DNA of 64,000 nucleotides from Klebsormidium nitens (Eukaryota > Plantae > Klebsormidiophyceae). The position numbers and the translations under genes are program-made. Position 1 is the stretch's first letter. Each line of letters starts with the position of its first letter. The DNA lies in the NCBI GenBank assembly GCA_000708835.1, contig DF237175.1:70931-134930 (forward strand), read 5' to 3'. Of the stretch, positions 38,928-52,461 are shown piece after piece. The notes under the pieces are model-generated. The model saw only the letters and a list, made by a program, of their open reading frames with translations, had not been told where the DNA came from and did no database searches.

Positions 38928-41252
38928 GAGGGGCGTTCTGATTGGCTGACCATATTGGAGTTGCAACCAAAGGCCCAACTCTTCCCCCGGAATCCAAAGA
39001 CTCTTCTCTCGGACGCCAACGACGATCCTTCTTTATGCCAGTCTTTTGTCAATCTTTGTTGCTAGCAGTAGTGCATGATTGCATGAGCAGTTGCTTCGAG
39101 ATGGATGCGCAAGTTTGGCTTTGTCGGTGCAAAACATGCCGCCTATATGCCGTCAGGTGCTAACGGAATGTCCCGTAACAAATCTGGAACTTTCTCATGC
39201 AAGAAGCCTGGCAAGAACCATTAAGAGTAGATGGTTTGGCGCCAGAGTTCGCCTCTGAACCCGAAAACGATCCTTCTGCCCCGACTTCTCCAGGCAACGT
39301 GAGCACAAAGTTCTCTGACAGTCGGATCCAGCAAAGCTGACGGCTACCAGCAGCAACGGTGAGGCACATTGAAACCCCGCTCTCTTGGCCAGCCTTGAAA
39401 ACTCGACTCCCGCATGTCCAGAAAGCTTGACCTGCGGAGCCGCATATCCTCTTGTTTGCACTTCGATGGCAACACAGACGAAGGGGTTCGAGACCTTGGT
39501 AGAACCAACACTCGTACTGTTTGAGCACACACACACACACAGGTTGCGTTCAAGTTCTGGTGAGGTTTGAACACAGTTGTCCTGCCTGCAGGTTCTCCAC
39601 TCGCTTGCAAGCGGCGCGCGTTTTAAAGGAACCCCGAACCCCCTCCGATCGCTGCAAGCAAGCTGGCAAGCTGCGAAGTAAACGGTGTACGAGCACCTGT
39701 CCTTGGCGATGCTTTCGACACTGAGCAGGTATGTGGACTTTCCGTTGTCGAAGTTCGACGCACGGGACGTGTGTAAGACGTTCAAACACGCTCCCTCTTC
39801 GATAAGAAGATGCTTGAAGCCGGAAAGAAGTATCTCTGACGGTTCTGAAGTGCCGTTGACTGCCTCGCTGAAATTCTGCATTCTGTCTTGGAGAAAGATC
39901 GACGTTGGTAGGTTATACACTACTTGTCTGGTTGAAGATTGCATGTTCGCGAAGTATGTTTAGGGCAAAGATATCATGGCAGATCGAACGTATCACGGAG
40001 TTTGACTCTCCTGAAAGTGGCCATTGAAGAAGGAACGATGTGTCCAGTTTGGCGACATTGAAACGCTTGGAGGCACTCGCAATCAACTGTTCTGCTGAGA
40101 GACACTTTTGTGCATATCGCGGGTTGAGGTCGGCTGTTGGCTCTGCCCATTGCCTGCCCGTGGTGTTAGATTACATTACGTATTGAATGCAACCGGACGA
40201 CTCTCGTCTACAGGTGCTGCCAGTTGGACATTGACGGGTATCTCAAAGCAGGTGACAGTTTCAGGCCAGGCTGATGCGAAATGTGTGGTTATAGGATAGT
40301 GTGACACCGCTTGATCGAGGCGGATGGTTGATCGGGGACTACATGTTGCTGCGTTCATTATGGAATATCCATTGGTTATCAGGGCGCATGAAAGGACAAT
40401 TTCGACCATTCGAGTACCTGTCGAAAGCTTAATCACTTTGCCGACGAGCTCCTTCCAGCATGCTCACAGTCGGCCTGGCAACATTGGGCGTTGGCAATCT
40501 GCCAAACGTGTGTAAAAGAGGGGCGGTTGTACATTGCCAAGTTGAGCACCAAATTGTTGTCCAGGAACAAGCACACTGCGAGTCGTTCGGCCGCGCCGTT
40601 CACAAGCAATTGCGCAAGGCACACCATGCTGGCTGCGCAACATTGGCCGGATGCATATAGTCCAAAATAGACATGCATTCCTGGATTTATGATACGTGGA
40701 GGCCACAGCATGCCATCTTCGAGACGTACAGTGCTGCATTTAATTTCGCACACACATATGTGCACATGTAACATATTGAAATGACGTTTACCTGTTTTGA
40801 TGAAGTACTCACATGGGTCATGTCATGATCATGATTGTAGATGCAGCCGCCGTGCTTCAAATAAATTTGAAGCTCATAGGTATGCAAATATACGCCTGGA
40901 GCTAGTATAGCGAGGTCATGCTCTTACTCATTACAAACTGGGTGTTCGATTCGACTCTTTTCCTTTACATACGGTATTGCTCGCAATCGGAATTGATCAT
41001 TGTAGTAGTGTTCGCTATCATGCTGATGCCGGAGAAAGCTACTCTTGAGGAGACTTGACGGCTCAGGCTTTCGATCAGATCCTCATGCAAATGGATTGAA
41101 CGAATCGATGAGAAGGGCCTCAATTGATGAGCAAGCGCGCCGAACCCTCTTTGAAAGACGTCTTCTGAAGAAGGGGATTTGTAAGGCACGATGACTGAGG
41201 GCCTTAAACTCTATCTTATGATTGCCTCCCATGGTGGGAATAACACTGTTGA

Positions 41253-42245
41253 TCAAAAGCTGCCTAATCTCTTCTCAGCTAGAAGTACGAGCAAACCTTG
41301 TTGGCCAAGCAACACTTCGTTTGAAAAGCTAATGAATGCGAGCCAGAGGACAGGACTGATATCCACCCCACCGATGGGTGGTATCAATCTTCGTGTGGGC
41401 CCCAACACCGGCTCAGTGGGTGCATAAGCGATGACATAAGGGAACTTGGTGGCAGGAAGCTGGGGGTACCAGGACATAACTATCCGAATGATGAAAAGGA
41501 ATGTGGAGATTGCAAAAACAGGGCCCAAGATGGTGATCAAAACCTTTGCGACGGATGGATCAAGATCTGCTAGTTGCCACAAACTGTTCAGAGGTCCTTC
41601 TGGCGCCGACACCCCCTCCACAGCGGCAATTGCGGGGTCAGACGACAGACCAAGGGAAGCCAGCGTGGCTGTTGCAACAGTGTACATTGGATTTGCCTGC
41701 CTAGGTCCACTGCTGGCATCCACCACTGGTGACCGTCCTGGAGATGCAAAGGTCCTGGATCAGAGAGTTGACCTGCTGCCAATCCAAGCAGAGAGTGGAG
41801 ACAACCGCAATGTTGAAATTTCTACACACAAGGTGGTGAAGCAGCGAGTGCCAACTTGTTGAGAATGTTGCAAACATAGCAACAACCGCAGTGCTGGGCT
41901 GCTTAGACTATGAAACTGCTGCAACTGCTTAGATCAGCAGCAAATCATGTAAAACTGGCCGCGGAAGATAGGTTTCTTGCAGATATCCTGCAAGAATTCA
42001 ACATGTTGTGAAGAACTTACATGCAAGCACACTGAATCTGCATTTGGGAAAAGCCCTGACTCACCGTCCTTCGCACCCGAAGCCCCAGTCAGTGTTCTGC
42101 AAGGAGGAACCTCATGTGAGCTAGAGCAGCTAAGCGGTACCCGTCTTGCTGCTCCATATCCAGGTTCACCAACTCGCGTGGCCTGCCTGCTGTGAGGAAA
42201 GTGCAGCGATGCTTGAAGACCTCCGAATGCAACACACGCCGCCAT
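41253..42245 (-). CDS. CCB3: YGGT-family cytochrome b6 heme ci assembly factor CCB3, plastid-targeted
   Basis: LADLDPSVAK...LGPVFAISTFLFIIRIVMSWYPQLPATKFPYVIAYAPTEPVLGPTRRLIPPIGGVDISPVLW...LLGQQGLL. Exon 1 (ATG 42245 to donor 42064) resembles a transit peptide. Confidence 0.85.
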
Positions 42246-42983
42246 TGGTTGCCCGCTCAAGCGAGCGCTTCGAACTGATTGGGAACCTGCTGGGTACGGT
42301 ACAACAGAGACAAACGGGTGCCTTGAGGTTGCACGTAAGCAGCACAGCCTCCCAGCAATGCTGCTGAATACCTGCCACGTACAGACGTCGCCTTTCTCTG
42401 GCCAGAGACCGGCTGAACGCTGGCACCAGAGAGAAAGGCCAGGGCTACCTGCTTAAATATATCCTGGATTTTACCCAAAGTAAAATTAGTGAGCGGCGAC
42501 GGTCATTTGTCGCTTCCACCAAAAAATGTTCACTACCGTTGTCAAAGACGGGCCGGGCTTCCCGGCTTCTAAGCTTGCGTCTAGACTTTGAGCACTGCCG
42601 TGACCACAGACGTTACATACCCGTCAAGGTAACCGGCACCTTTTCAGTGCCGCAAGATGTGAAAATTCTTTACAAATCTAAATAAATGCGTTCGACTTCT
42701 GTAGGTATGTAAATCACGTCAAAAAGCAAGCATGCATGGCATGCTCCAGCGTCCAAACTTCCATTGGCATCACTTGTTGGCGCTGGCAAGTCTACTGAGC
42801 GCATTGCCCCAGAGTGGGCTTGAAGTTGTGTGGGTTCCAACAAAGGCGACCTTTACTTTGTTTGCTGCGATGTGAAGCTTGCAGCATTTGAGACAATGCC
42901 ACATGAAGCCAGCATTGGATCTGACTGAAAGCTTGCAGCCCGAGGCTTCACGTTGACTTGTAGATGGATCCAGCAGCCCAACA

Positions 42984-44949
42984 ATGGCGCGGCTGAGATA
43001 CATCATGCTCCTACAGCGAGACGTTCCGAGGGCGGCGAAATTTTACAGCGAAGGATTGGGTCTAACAGTCAATGTGTGCTCAGACCGCTGGGCGGAGCTG
43101 CAGTCTGGGGACATGAAGCTAGCCTTGAAACAAGTGGACAGGTTTGCGCACAGCTCTCAAGCACTTTGCAAGCCGTCTTTGTGTTCCCTGCTCTGTCCTG
43201 AGTTTGTAGACTGCTCACGGCTGTGGAATACTGTAACTGAGCAGGTGAGGATAGGGTGGTGAGTCATTTATGAGGCCCATAACAAAGCCAGCGTGGGCCA
43301 GATGACAGAGTAGTGCATCATGCCCCCTTTTGTTATCCTGCGCAAGCAGGTCTATGTTGAGCTGCCATTTCATGAGGCATGTCCAGATCAGGCATGTCCC
43401 TGCAATGTTGTGATCGAGGGGATGAAAAGTGCACCACCTCTCCATCAGAACTTGAAAGCTAATCAAGGCTTCAATTGGCATCGAATGTGTAAGAATCTGA
43501 TGATGTAAGGCGAATGCAAACATCTAGCATCATTGTTTGATTGATGAAGTACACTGAGTGGAGCCGCCTAAGGTTCCAAAAGTCTGATGACGATCCAGAG
43601 AGGCTTTTCTTGCGCTAAACTTCCGAGCGGTTTCTGTTGCACTTATGTGTTCCGTTCTTTCCCAATACTAGGACTTGAAGAAATGTCCTTGTCATATTAT
43701 TACCCTTCTTTCATCACAGCGAGGCCCATTGCACCACTGGCTACAGCCCCTTCCTCCACTTTGACGTCGATGATCTGGATGGAACTGTTCAGCGGTTGCT
43801 GTCCCTTGGAGCATTCCTGGACGGGCCCATAAAGTATCCAACACATGGAAAGGTCAGTCATATCTTGCAGTTGCAGACGGCGGCCTGGTCAAAGGTCCCT
43901 TTCATATGCTCTGCCTTAAGAGGAACAGAGTTGCTTCGAAGTCCTAATGAGGACATGGTAGGCACGGAGATGGTAGGCGCGTGAATGTATTGAATCTGCC
44001 AGTCAAAGTAAGGTTCTTTTCCAACCTGCGAGACTAAGGTATGGTGTCCGAGTCTGCAGGTCCGGGCCAGGTTGTGGGGAGGTTTGTTGAATGTTTCAGA
44101 CTTTCATACCCTCAGTAGTTTGGAGCCTTTGTGCAATCATCAAACATATGGAAAACATATGAAAGTGGTTCCCGATGCGCTTGTGACCCTCACAACTTTT
44201 GAGGCATGGTTTTGCGAGGTTTGAAACACGGTTAGATAGATGTCGACACTGTTGCAGGATGGCTTGCTCGAAATTATTGATTATCCTTTACTCCAAGGGG
44301 CCCTTCTGAAATAGCCCTTCTTGAAGTAGTCCATGTCAGGTCGAATGTCGGATCGACCCCCGTGTCACGTTTGCAATGTGGAAGGGAGTTTTTGAAGATC
44401 AAGGTTCGAGGCTTCTCGTTTTCTGACTTCGTCTTGTGACTTTTGTTTTGGATGCTTCTTTCAATATTGATTCTAATGTTGAAGGCGAACGATTTTGTAT
44501 CTCAAAGCCTTGTCAGGCAAAGTGGCCCTCTCTCGACGGATTGCGGCTCATCAGATACAAGGCGTGGTTCTTTTCGTGATGAAGCTATTCGTGCATGAGG
44601 CCTGGACACTTTTCCATTGCAAAGCTCTTTGATCTGCGTCAGAATTGAGTGACCAAAAGTTCTCGACTTGTTCCTAGAATTTCATGGGTCGCCTGACTAA
44701 AGTTGCTCGAGTCTTCTCCTCCTAGCCTTCGGCGACTTGTGTTCCCGATCTTTGAGTCCGGACTAGGGATACTGCTTCCACTTTCCAACCGGATTTACAA
44801 TTGTTTGCCGACCCGGAGCTTGAGAGTACCTGAGAGTGATCGAAAGGACATATTCTCAAGCTCCAATCCCTTCGGACTTGCAGGTAGCTGCCATGCGGGG
44901 CCCGGACGGCCACATGCTTGGACTACACGAGCCGGCTTTGAGCTCGTAG
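42984..44949 (+). CDS. Small VOC/glyoxalase-like family protein
   Basis: MARLRYIMLLQRDVPRAAKFYSEGLGL...WAELQSG | DLDGTVQRLLSLGAFLDGPIKYPTHGK | VAAMRGPDGHMLGLHEPALSS* (stop 44947-49). Confidence 0.85.
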
Positions 44950-46111
44950 ACCTCTGTCGGAAAGGTTGCGCCCTGAGTAGGCAGCTTAGAGAATAGGTCG
45001 CCAGACTGCCCTCCAAAGACTCTGGGAACCGTTGCTCCTCTGTTTCTGTTGCACCGACATGATCGACGAACTGCCTGTACGATCATGACAATGGCGGCAG
45101 AAAGCTAGCTCCTCAAACCATTGACTTTGCACGAATTGGAAGGATCGATCAGGCCATGCACATGTGCCTTCACATTATTACCAGCGGCTATTTAGAAGGC
45201 CTCAGCCAGACCCCAAATGATCATGGGCCGCCGCGCCTCCTGACAGCTGCTGGATTCTGGTGAGTGATTGCGTTGCACTGAGACCACGGGCGTTTCACCG
45301 TCGGGCAGGCCGGGGCCGCAATTGACCTCCAATCACGCGCGCCGCGCATGGATACTCTTAGTACCAGATACATGATGAATCACGTATAAGTTAGCTGGCA
45401 GCGCGTCAACAACGGCAAGCTGGCATGTACAACCTAGTATACGTACTAAGTTTCAATTGTGTGCCACTGAGTAGATGCAGATATGGAGCATGCTTTAAAG
45501 CGATATAGGGGGTTCAAGTTGCCGTATATAATTGAATTCAAAAGTCAATCTGAGAGACGACCATCATTCAACTGTCAAATTTGCACAGCAATGCACTGAG
45601 TACAGTTGGCAATCTGAACTCGATGTGCAGCCCGGATGACTCAGTGACGATTGTAAGAATCCACCCTGGGATCAAACTATTACCGTTTCCTCGCATAATA
45701 GACAAGAAATCCAGCACCTGCACATGCGGACCGCCGCGCAGCAAAAAGGTGATAACCAATCAACTCAACTTCCGAATCCATGGCTATAGAAAAACGTTGT
45801 GACTTCTGACAAAACGCCAATCTCCCTGTCGATCCTCTTGAGAAACGACGGATTAGCCTGGTTACCATGAAGCCCACAGACCTTATGAATAGTCTGTATG
45901 TCTCGTTGTCAAAGGAAATTGCATGAGAACCTTTTCATAGCCCGAAAAAATTTCAGAGAGCTTAGAAACATTTAGTAAGGCCTGAAACGTTTTCCGCTGA
46001 TGTACACATCAAAATACAGGGTAAGATAATTCCATGACACTACTACAGAGTTACATATCTAGACTCTACTGGTGTACCTGCCTTGCCATGTTCTCGGTCA
46101 ATCTCTTACTA

Positions 46112-47531
46112 CTACTGTACCCTTTGTAGGTTATGCAACTGCTGCTCATGTCCCCCAACTTGAAGGTGCCCCTCGAGCCCCCCTACCCGGTTCACCTCGC
46201 CCCCAAAGCCTCCCATCGCGGCCACAAAAGACCCCGGCCCAGGCCGCAGCGGCATGTCCTCGTCCCGCTCCTCCCTTACCCTCTTCCCTCGGCCTTCTGG
46301 TACATGCTCGTGCTCCCGACACCGCCTCTTCGACCCCACCTGCAGCGACTCTGGCACGTTCATGCACCCCCTGACGGTACACCGCTTGGTTGTGAAGTCC
46401 TCCATCCCTTGCAGCACGTGCTTCTCGCACCTGGCCGCCCGTATTGAGCTCTGGTTGGGGAACACGTACTTGCCCCGCTTGTCGCACCCCGGCTCACTGC
46501 ACCAGCTATGCGCCACATCCCGCATCCCTGGCTCCGCGTGCTCCTTACAGCGGAGGGCTTTGTTCGTGCCTGGCCAGCCGTACGTGGGGCGCTTGGCGCA
46601 GGGCTCCCTCTCCCCAGCCCCGCAAAGCTTGCTCACGGTGTTGACCATGTCCGGGTCAGCGTGAACCTTGCAGGCGACCTGCATCAAGGCAGAAGTGCCG
46701 CTGTCTTTGCATGACTGGATTGGACTCCAAGCAGCATTTCCAACGTGTGGCAAGCCCAGATTATCTGCAATTTCAGGCCAGGGCTGGAAGCCTTGCACTC
46801 GTCCACTTCCAACCTTTCTCTGCTACTCCTTTAAGATGTGACCATGAAAGGCATACTCGTTGTGCAGTCGCTGAAGGATGGAGTCCCGTCATTCGTCTGG
46901 AACAGTATCCTTGCACAACAGGTTTTGAGATGCCCTGCCAGTAAATGGATGGAATATTGCGGCCGCCTGAGCAAGGACTGCCAAAATCAGATTTTGAATT
47001 GCAAACTAGGCCAGTGCTCAGCTTAGCTTTTCTTGTCACCTCAAGCAGAATTTTTAGTCTTACCGCACTCTTCCCATGCCAGCCAAAGGTCGGCTGCTTA
47101 GGGCATGCCCGACCTTGTCCACACCTTCTCTTTGCCACGTATTTGTCCATTCCATCCTCCTGATGATCCTCGCACACAATTGGCTTCAAGATGGCCCAGC
47201 CATATTCGCACTCCTTCAGACACTCTTCCGACGCTGTGCAATTCCAAACTCGCTTGTTGGCAGGCCGTGCAGCAGCCAGAGACTCTAGGCTTCCTACAGG
47301 AAGAGTAACTCTTGGCTTGCTACCGGCAGGGGGGGCTCCCCTGGCCTCCTTCAGTGCATCAATTGCCTGTGTCAAGATATTTGCAACGGTATTTTCGGGA
47401 GTTTTGTGTTTTGCATTCCTCTCAATTTCCATACCCAGCTGGGCTAAGAGGGACCCCATGACTTCTACGAGACTCCCCTTCAAGGCCGTTGAAGGAGCAA
47501 AGACTAGAATGCTCTGCCAAAGCCTATCCAA
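46112..47531 (-). CDS. Intron-containing protein with about 5 EsV-1-7-type cysteine-rich repeats; 5' end unresolved
   Basis: Repeats such as CPKQPTFGWHGKSA|VACKVHADPDMVN, CAKRPTYGWPGTNKALRCKEHAEPGMRDV and CSEPGCDKRGKY...RCEKHVLQGMEDF. Intron 47063-46679 is GT-AG, phase 0. Confidence 0.75.
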
Positions 47532-47828
47532 AGACTCCTACAAAGAAACACCGAACAAATGTGCAAAATTCCTTGTCAACCGAGGACTTTTCAGAAAACG
47601 CGATCTCAAAATACGTACATCTTGTATATCGCTCTTTGCAACTTTACAACTTCCCCACACTTCACGTTCAAGCTCCTCCACTTTCCTATTAAATGGTGCT
47701 AGGCCGCTCACTTCCCCCCACTGGCAAGGTGCTTCTCTGCATCCTACAGGCAGGCTACAGGCGCTTTTCTGTATCTCTTGCCGCTGGAGCTGGCTGGCGC
47801 CACAGTTTGAAATTTCGTCAAAGAGCGC

Positions 47829-47854
47829 TGACGTCAAAGAATACAAAACCCTAA
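47829..47854. promoter_or_regulatory. TGACGTCA palindrome plus telo-box (AAACCCTAA) between the divergent EsV-1-7 and ATP10 genes
   Basis: TGACGTCA at 47829-36 and AAACCCTAA at 47846-54, about 125-150 bp upstream of the ATP10 ATG. Short motifs like these can occur by chance. Confidence 0.35.
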
Positions 47855-47978
47855 AAGAAAGTTATTCGCCATGAACGAACGAATTTGAGGGCAGCAGATT
47901 TGCCTGCCAGCATTTCTGCAAAAGCTTTGCAGTTTGTGGTGCCCATCACCATCCAGGCGCCCGTGTCCCGCTCAGGAA

Positions 47979-50634
47979 ATGGCAGATCTTGTCCTCTCCT
48001 TGCTGCGTCAGAGCTCGATAAGGGGCTGTTTACAACAAGGACTTGGGTTAGGGACTGCATTGTTGTGTGGTAGACACGTTGGGCTTTCTGCGACTTCGGC
48101 AGTCATTGCAATCTCCTTGCAGCAGAGGCGGCCATACAGTTTCTTTCAGCTTGATAAGGTGACGGCAGTCCTCCAGATCCCAGCGCAAACTCTTCCTTGG
48201 CACTTACGTGTGCTCTCTGGTATGCTGATGGTGCAAAAGTTCAGAGTTTTCATCACAATCAAGCTAGTGTTCTGCACAGAAAGGTAGTAGGGAGAAACTG
48301 GACCAACAGCATTGTGCGCTTTGTGTCGCTGCCCCAAATAATTCTGCCACTATCCATCGATCCGCTTCGCTGTTCCCTCCATAATTCGATGTTTCGGTGG
48401 TGGTGTCACTAGAATGCCAATCTGGATTGCTCTTTTTGAACACTTAAAGCAGAACCGCTTAACTTTTGTACGCACCTAGTGGTGCAGGTATTCAACTTCA
48501 AAAGGTTGCAGGAGGAACGATTGCGGTTGCAAGGTACCCTTCTTACCCTCTGCTACGCATCATAAGATGCCGGTACATCCTTTGAGTCACTTTGCCTTTG
48601 CCCTGAGCTCAAGCTTGTTGAGATCTTTCGGATCATGGTGCTCATTGGGACAACGAGCCCCCTTATCTTGGCCCTTTAAATCGCTTGCTTTGGTTTGCAG
48701 ATGAGATAGAGAGAGGTTACTTTGAGGACTTCAAGGATCTGAAAAAGAATCAGGGCAAGGTGAGTGTACATCGAAATTTTGATACTAGTATCCTACGCCA
48801 AGAAGGAAAGGGGACAAACACTGCTGCTTATGCCCGAATGAGGCTAAGTCGTTCAGTATAAATGTATGTTGCTATTGATCCATCTGAGATGGTGAGAAAC
48901 TATGTCCAGGCAGCTTGCTCTTTATAAGCACGATGCGTTCTGGTTGTCTTTACAACTACTGCTGTGGTGCAGTTTATTATCATAATCCACTTTCTGATTG
49001 CTGGATGGATTATGTCTCTGGGATGCAGGTTCTCTTTAAACACTGTTTTCGGTTGCCGCCGCTATCGCTGCCACTTGAAATCCATTCAATAGAGCCTTGG
49101 AAAGGGTTGCTCAGAGGTGGTCAATGCGTCTTCCTTCAGCTGAATCCTGGTTCCCTCTATCTTTCCATACAGTTGGGCCCCGCCAGCAAAGGACTCTTGC
49201 CGATTGCAGGCAGTGCCACCTTTCCCGAGCTGCTCTGCAGAGCAGAGGATGGCTCCCAAATCAGGATTCAAGACGTGTTTGGAAACAAGAACGTCACCCT
49301 GGCTTGTGTGGCTTTCCGCCAAAACGCTCAGGTGAGAATCTTTGATTGCATATTCTGAGAGGCGGGACATAGAACCGGAAGTTGATGGACACAGATGCCT
49401 TGATGGAAATTCACGGGGCGTATGAAGGCAGATCGGACGCGGTGATGCATAGACGGTCGGCCTTGACTGCGGATTTTATCTGTGTACTGCGTACTCAGAA
49501 GGGAGCATGTTATACCTGGATGTTAAGAGTCCCTCCCGGCTTTGATTGTTTGTTTCGCAGCAATGCAGCCCCTGAAATTGTCGGCGTGCTCTGGGGTTTC
49601 AGTCGAAGTCTCTCTCTTGCAGCCAATGGTCGACACCTGGAACCTGGCTTTTCAAGAGGAGCTTCGAAAGGAGCCAGCTACGCAACTAGTGGAAGTACGT
49701 GATGGGGCCGCACGTCAAGCAGTTGCCCTGCTCTCTGCTGTGCAATGACTGTTAATGTTCCTGATGTTCCTGACTTTCAAATAGTAGGAAATCTTGTAGT
49801 TTGGCACAGACTTGGCAACATCGGTAAGCGACTTGGCGGCGTAATCTCGTCTGCACCCCATCAGTCGGCTCCTTGCCTTCAGGATAAAACGAGCAGAAAA
49901 TCTGCATCGGTCGTGTACTGTCAAGAGTCGTGACGGCTTCCCGAAATCGCTTTGATCCTGCTGCACTGCCTGTTTTCAATGAGCCCCCAGAGTCAGCTAG
50001 TGGTTTGGAATTCCAATTGGGGTTTGAATAGGCAAATGCTTGACTGTGAATGACTCTTTTTCTTCTGCCGCAGCTTTCCGTCGTCGAGTCCATCTTCCTG
50101 CGTCCATTTCAGAACTACCTCGTCAAATCCATGAGCGCCATCCGAAGACGGTCAAACCCCATGAAAGCGCCCCCAATCAAAACCGTTGAGCCTGCTTCGC
50201 TCTCAAAACCTATTCCCAGCACTCAGCAAGCCCCTCCGTCATCCCAATCAGAGCCACTCACGGCCTCTTCAGAAAGCTCGCCAGTCTCAAGTTCCGCAGA
50301 AACCACGCCCTCGCCGCAAAAGCAAGTGCTACTGTACCATTTCGCCGAGACCTGGGCCATGCGAAAAGCGCTCAACATGCCCAACCGGCTGACGGGATAT
50401 GCCCTGCTCGTAGACAGGCACGGGCAGGTTCGATGGCGGGCGACCGGTTATGCCACTACGGATGAGATCAAGTCTTTGCAGCGGGCTACCCGGCTCTTGG
50501 TGTCAGAGTCCGCACAGGCAGCTGCGCTTGCTAAAGAGGGGAGGGGGAGAAGCAAGGCGACGGCGAATCAAGAACTCGAGGGTGCCTTCGAGAATGAAGG
50601 TGAGGGGCGCGGGTCCCATGGACGTTGTCAATAA
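47979..50634 (+). CDS. ATP10: Mitochondrial ATP synthase assembly factor ATP10
   Basis: Exons encode LQEERLRLQ|DEIERGYFEDFKDLKKNQGK, VTLACVAFRQNAQ|PMVDTW and ALNMPNRLTGYALLVDRHGQVRWRATGYATTDEIKSL. The start at ATG 47979 is inferred. Confidence 0.85.
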
Positions 50635-52461
50635 TCTGTCTGCCAGTTCGTTGACTCGAATTTGCTTATTGGACAATCGAATCACTTCTCGCAGTGAACG
50701 GCCAACAACCACGATATCCACTCAACAATTTTGCTTCCCGATAATTGTCTCGCTGCGGGTTTGGACTGGTCGCGGCTCACCTGGTACTGCGCCCCGCCCC
50801 CCCCCTGCGCGCCTGCTCCTCGTACGCCTGCTGCTGCTGCCGCTGCCAAAGATTTGGTTTCTTCTACAAAAGTCGATTGCGAGCTTCGAAAGCCACACAG
50901 CTTTGACATTGCGCCTCACGAAAGAGGGCCGTCGTTGTCACCATTAAGAAAAAATTGTTCGATGCACTTGGCAGCGTCTCCCCAGTCAATACAATACGAG
51001 GGACGGAGACTTGCATCTAATACTTACGCCTAGAGAATGATAAATGTCGTCAGGCTTCGATCGTAATCTAACTTCGTCCTCGACTCGCGCATAGTGAAGC
51101 TCACCCTATAATCTCAGGGGTACTGTGGACAGTTCTTCGACTTTCAGCAAACCTTGCGTTACCTCTTGTTCGCAGGCTCCCAATGAACCGATCATCTGCG
51201 GCACACTTTTCGAGAACAGCAGCCGGGCCCTCGGGTTATCTCTGAAAACGACAACTCGCATCGAAATGATGGAAGCAAAGGTGGGCACACATATCCTCCA
51301 AGCAAGACATTACAGTCCTAAGCTGTCCTCCAAGGTGCGGAAGGTGCTTTTGCATACGGTGGTGCTTTGCGAAAAATGTTGCAAGGCGTCTAGTCTCTCG
51401 GAAAGTGACGGGGTGCTCCTGACGTCACGTAAATTCAGTACATCAAAAAGCATCCGTTTGGATCTTCCAACGTTTCGAGGGATGTCTTCTCTGCTCTTGC
51501 TTGCTTTTTCAGGGTGACCGTCAGCTGCTGATAATGCGATGATGACGAATTGAGTGGATAGCGGAACAGAAATCACTGACGAAACCTGCCTTACTCAATC
51601 CTTTATGCTGCAGCCCGAACGTCCTAGATACACATCTGCAACTTCAAGGTGACCTATTTTCGCAATATCTAGAAGCGACTAGTTGGTGACGATCTGGCCG
51701 GAAGTTCCTGTACAAGCACCGTTACATTTATTGAAGCTGAGTGATGCCGTAACTTGGTTGCTGATCTTGCAAAAGTCATCACACTTGTTAGTGCAACGTA
51801 CAATTGATACGGACCTATGCATCGAGTGTCTACATGTGACCCGTTGCAGGCCCGTGATTGTTGATAACAACTCAATGAAGAAACCGGACGCAAATTGGAG
51901 TTGGAGTTTTTAAGGACAAACGGTGGAGCGTCTTTTGGAATCAAGCTAGCTGTCTATGTCGATGCAATCACTGAGGACGTCGGGTCAGCTTGCTGGCAGT
52001 ACGTGCGTATTTAAATACGTGATGTGCATGCCGATCATGGCTCAGTCAAGTCGAATACATTTTCTTTACATATGGGCAATGACTGCTAGGCATGCATGGA
52101 CTGGGCTGAGGCCTTACAGTTGCAGGGCCACACATGTACTAAAGAGAAAGTATGCATTGGGCCCTAGCTCTGGCCATGCAGCTCCAGAATATGGTGCACA
52201 TAGGATCAAGCTGCGGCCAATGAGCTTCTTGCTGCATACAATAGGTAATTGCGACACGGGCTTCAAAAAGATGCGCGACGGTCCGGTTGTATATATGTGG
52301 TCAATGTAAAGAATTGTAAGTCAGTATGGTGCCGCAGTGCCATCCAGATTAGCTCGTACATAACGGGCCTTGGGGTGCGCAGCAAGTTTGTTCCCAATGT
52401 TGCCAGGCCAAGAGCCTTAAGCTATACAAGTCAAGCATTGTGTCCAGTGCTGTCGGTCGTT

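Noticed and set aside
39195-40774. Several minus-strand ORFs (249, 86 and 113 aa) that might be a decayed gene
   Set aside because: No family motif or consistent splice model was found, so I cannot support a call.
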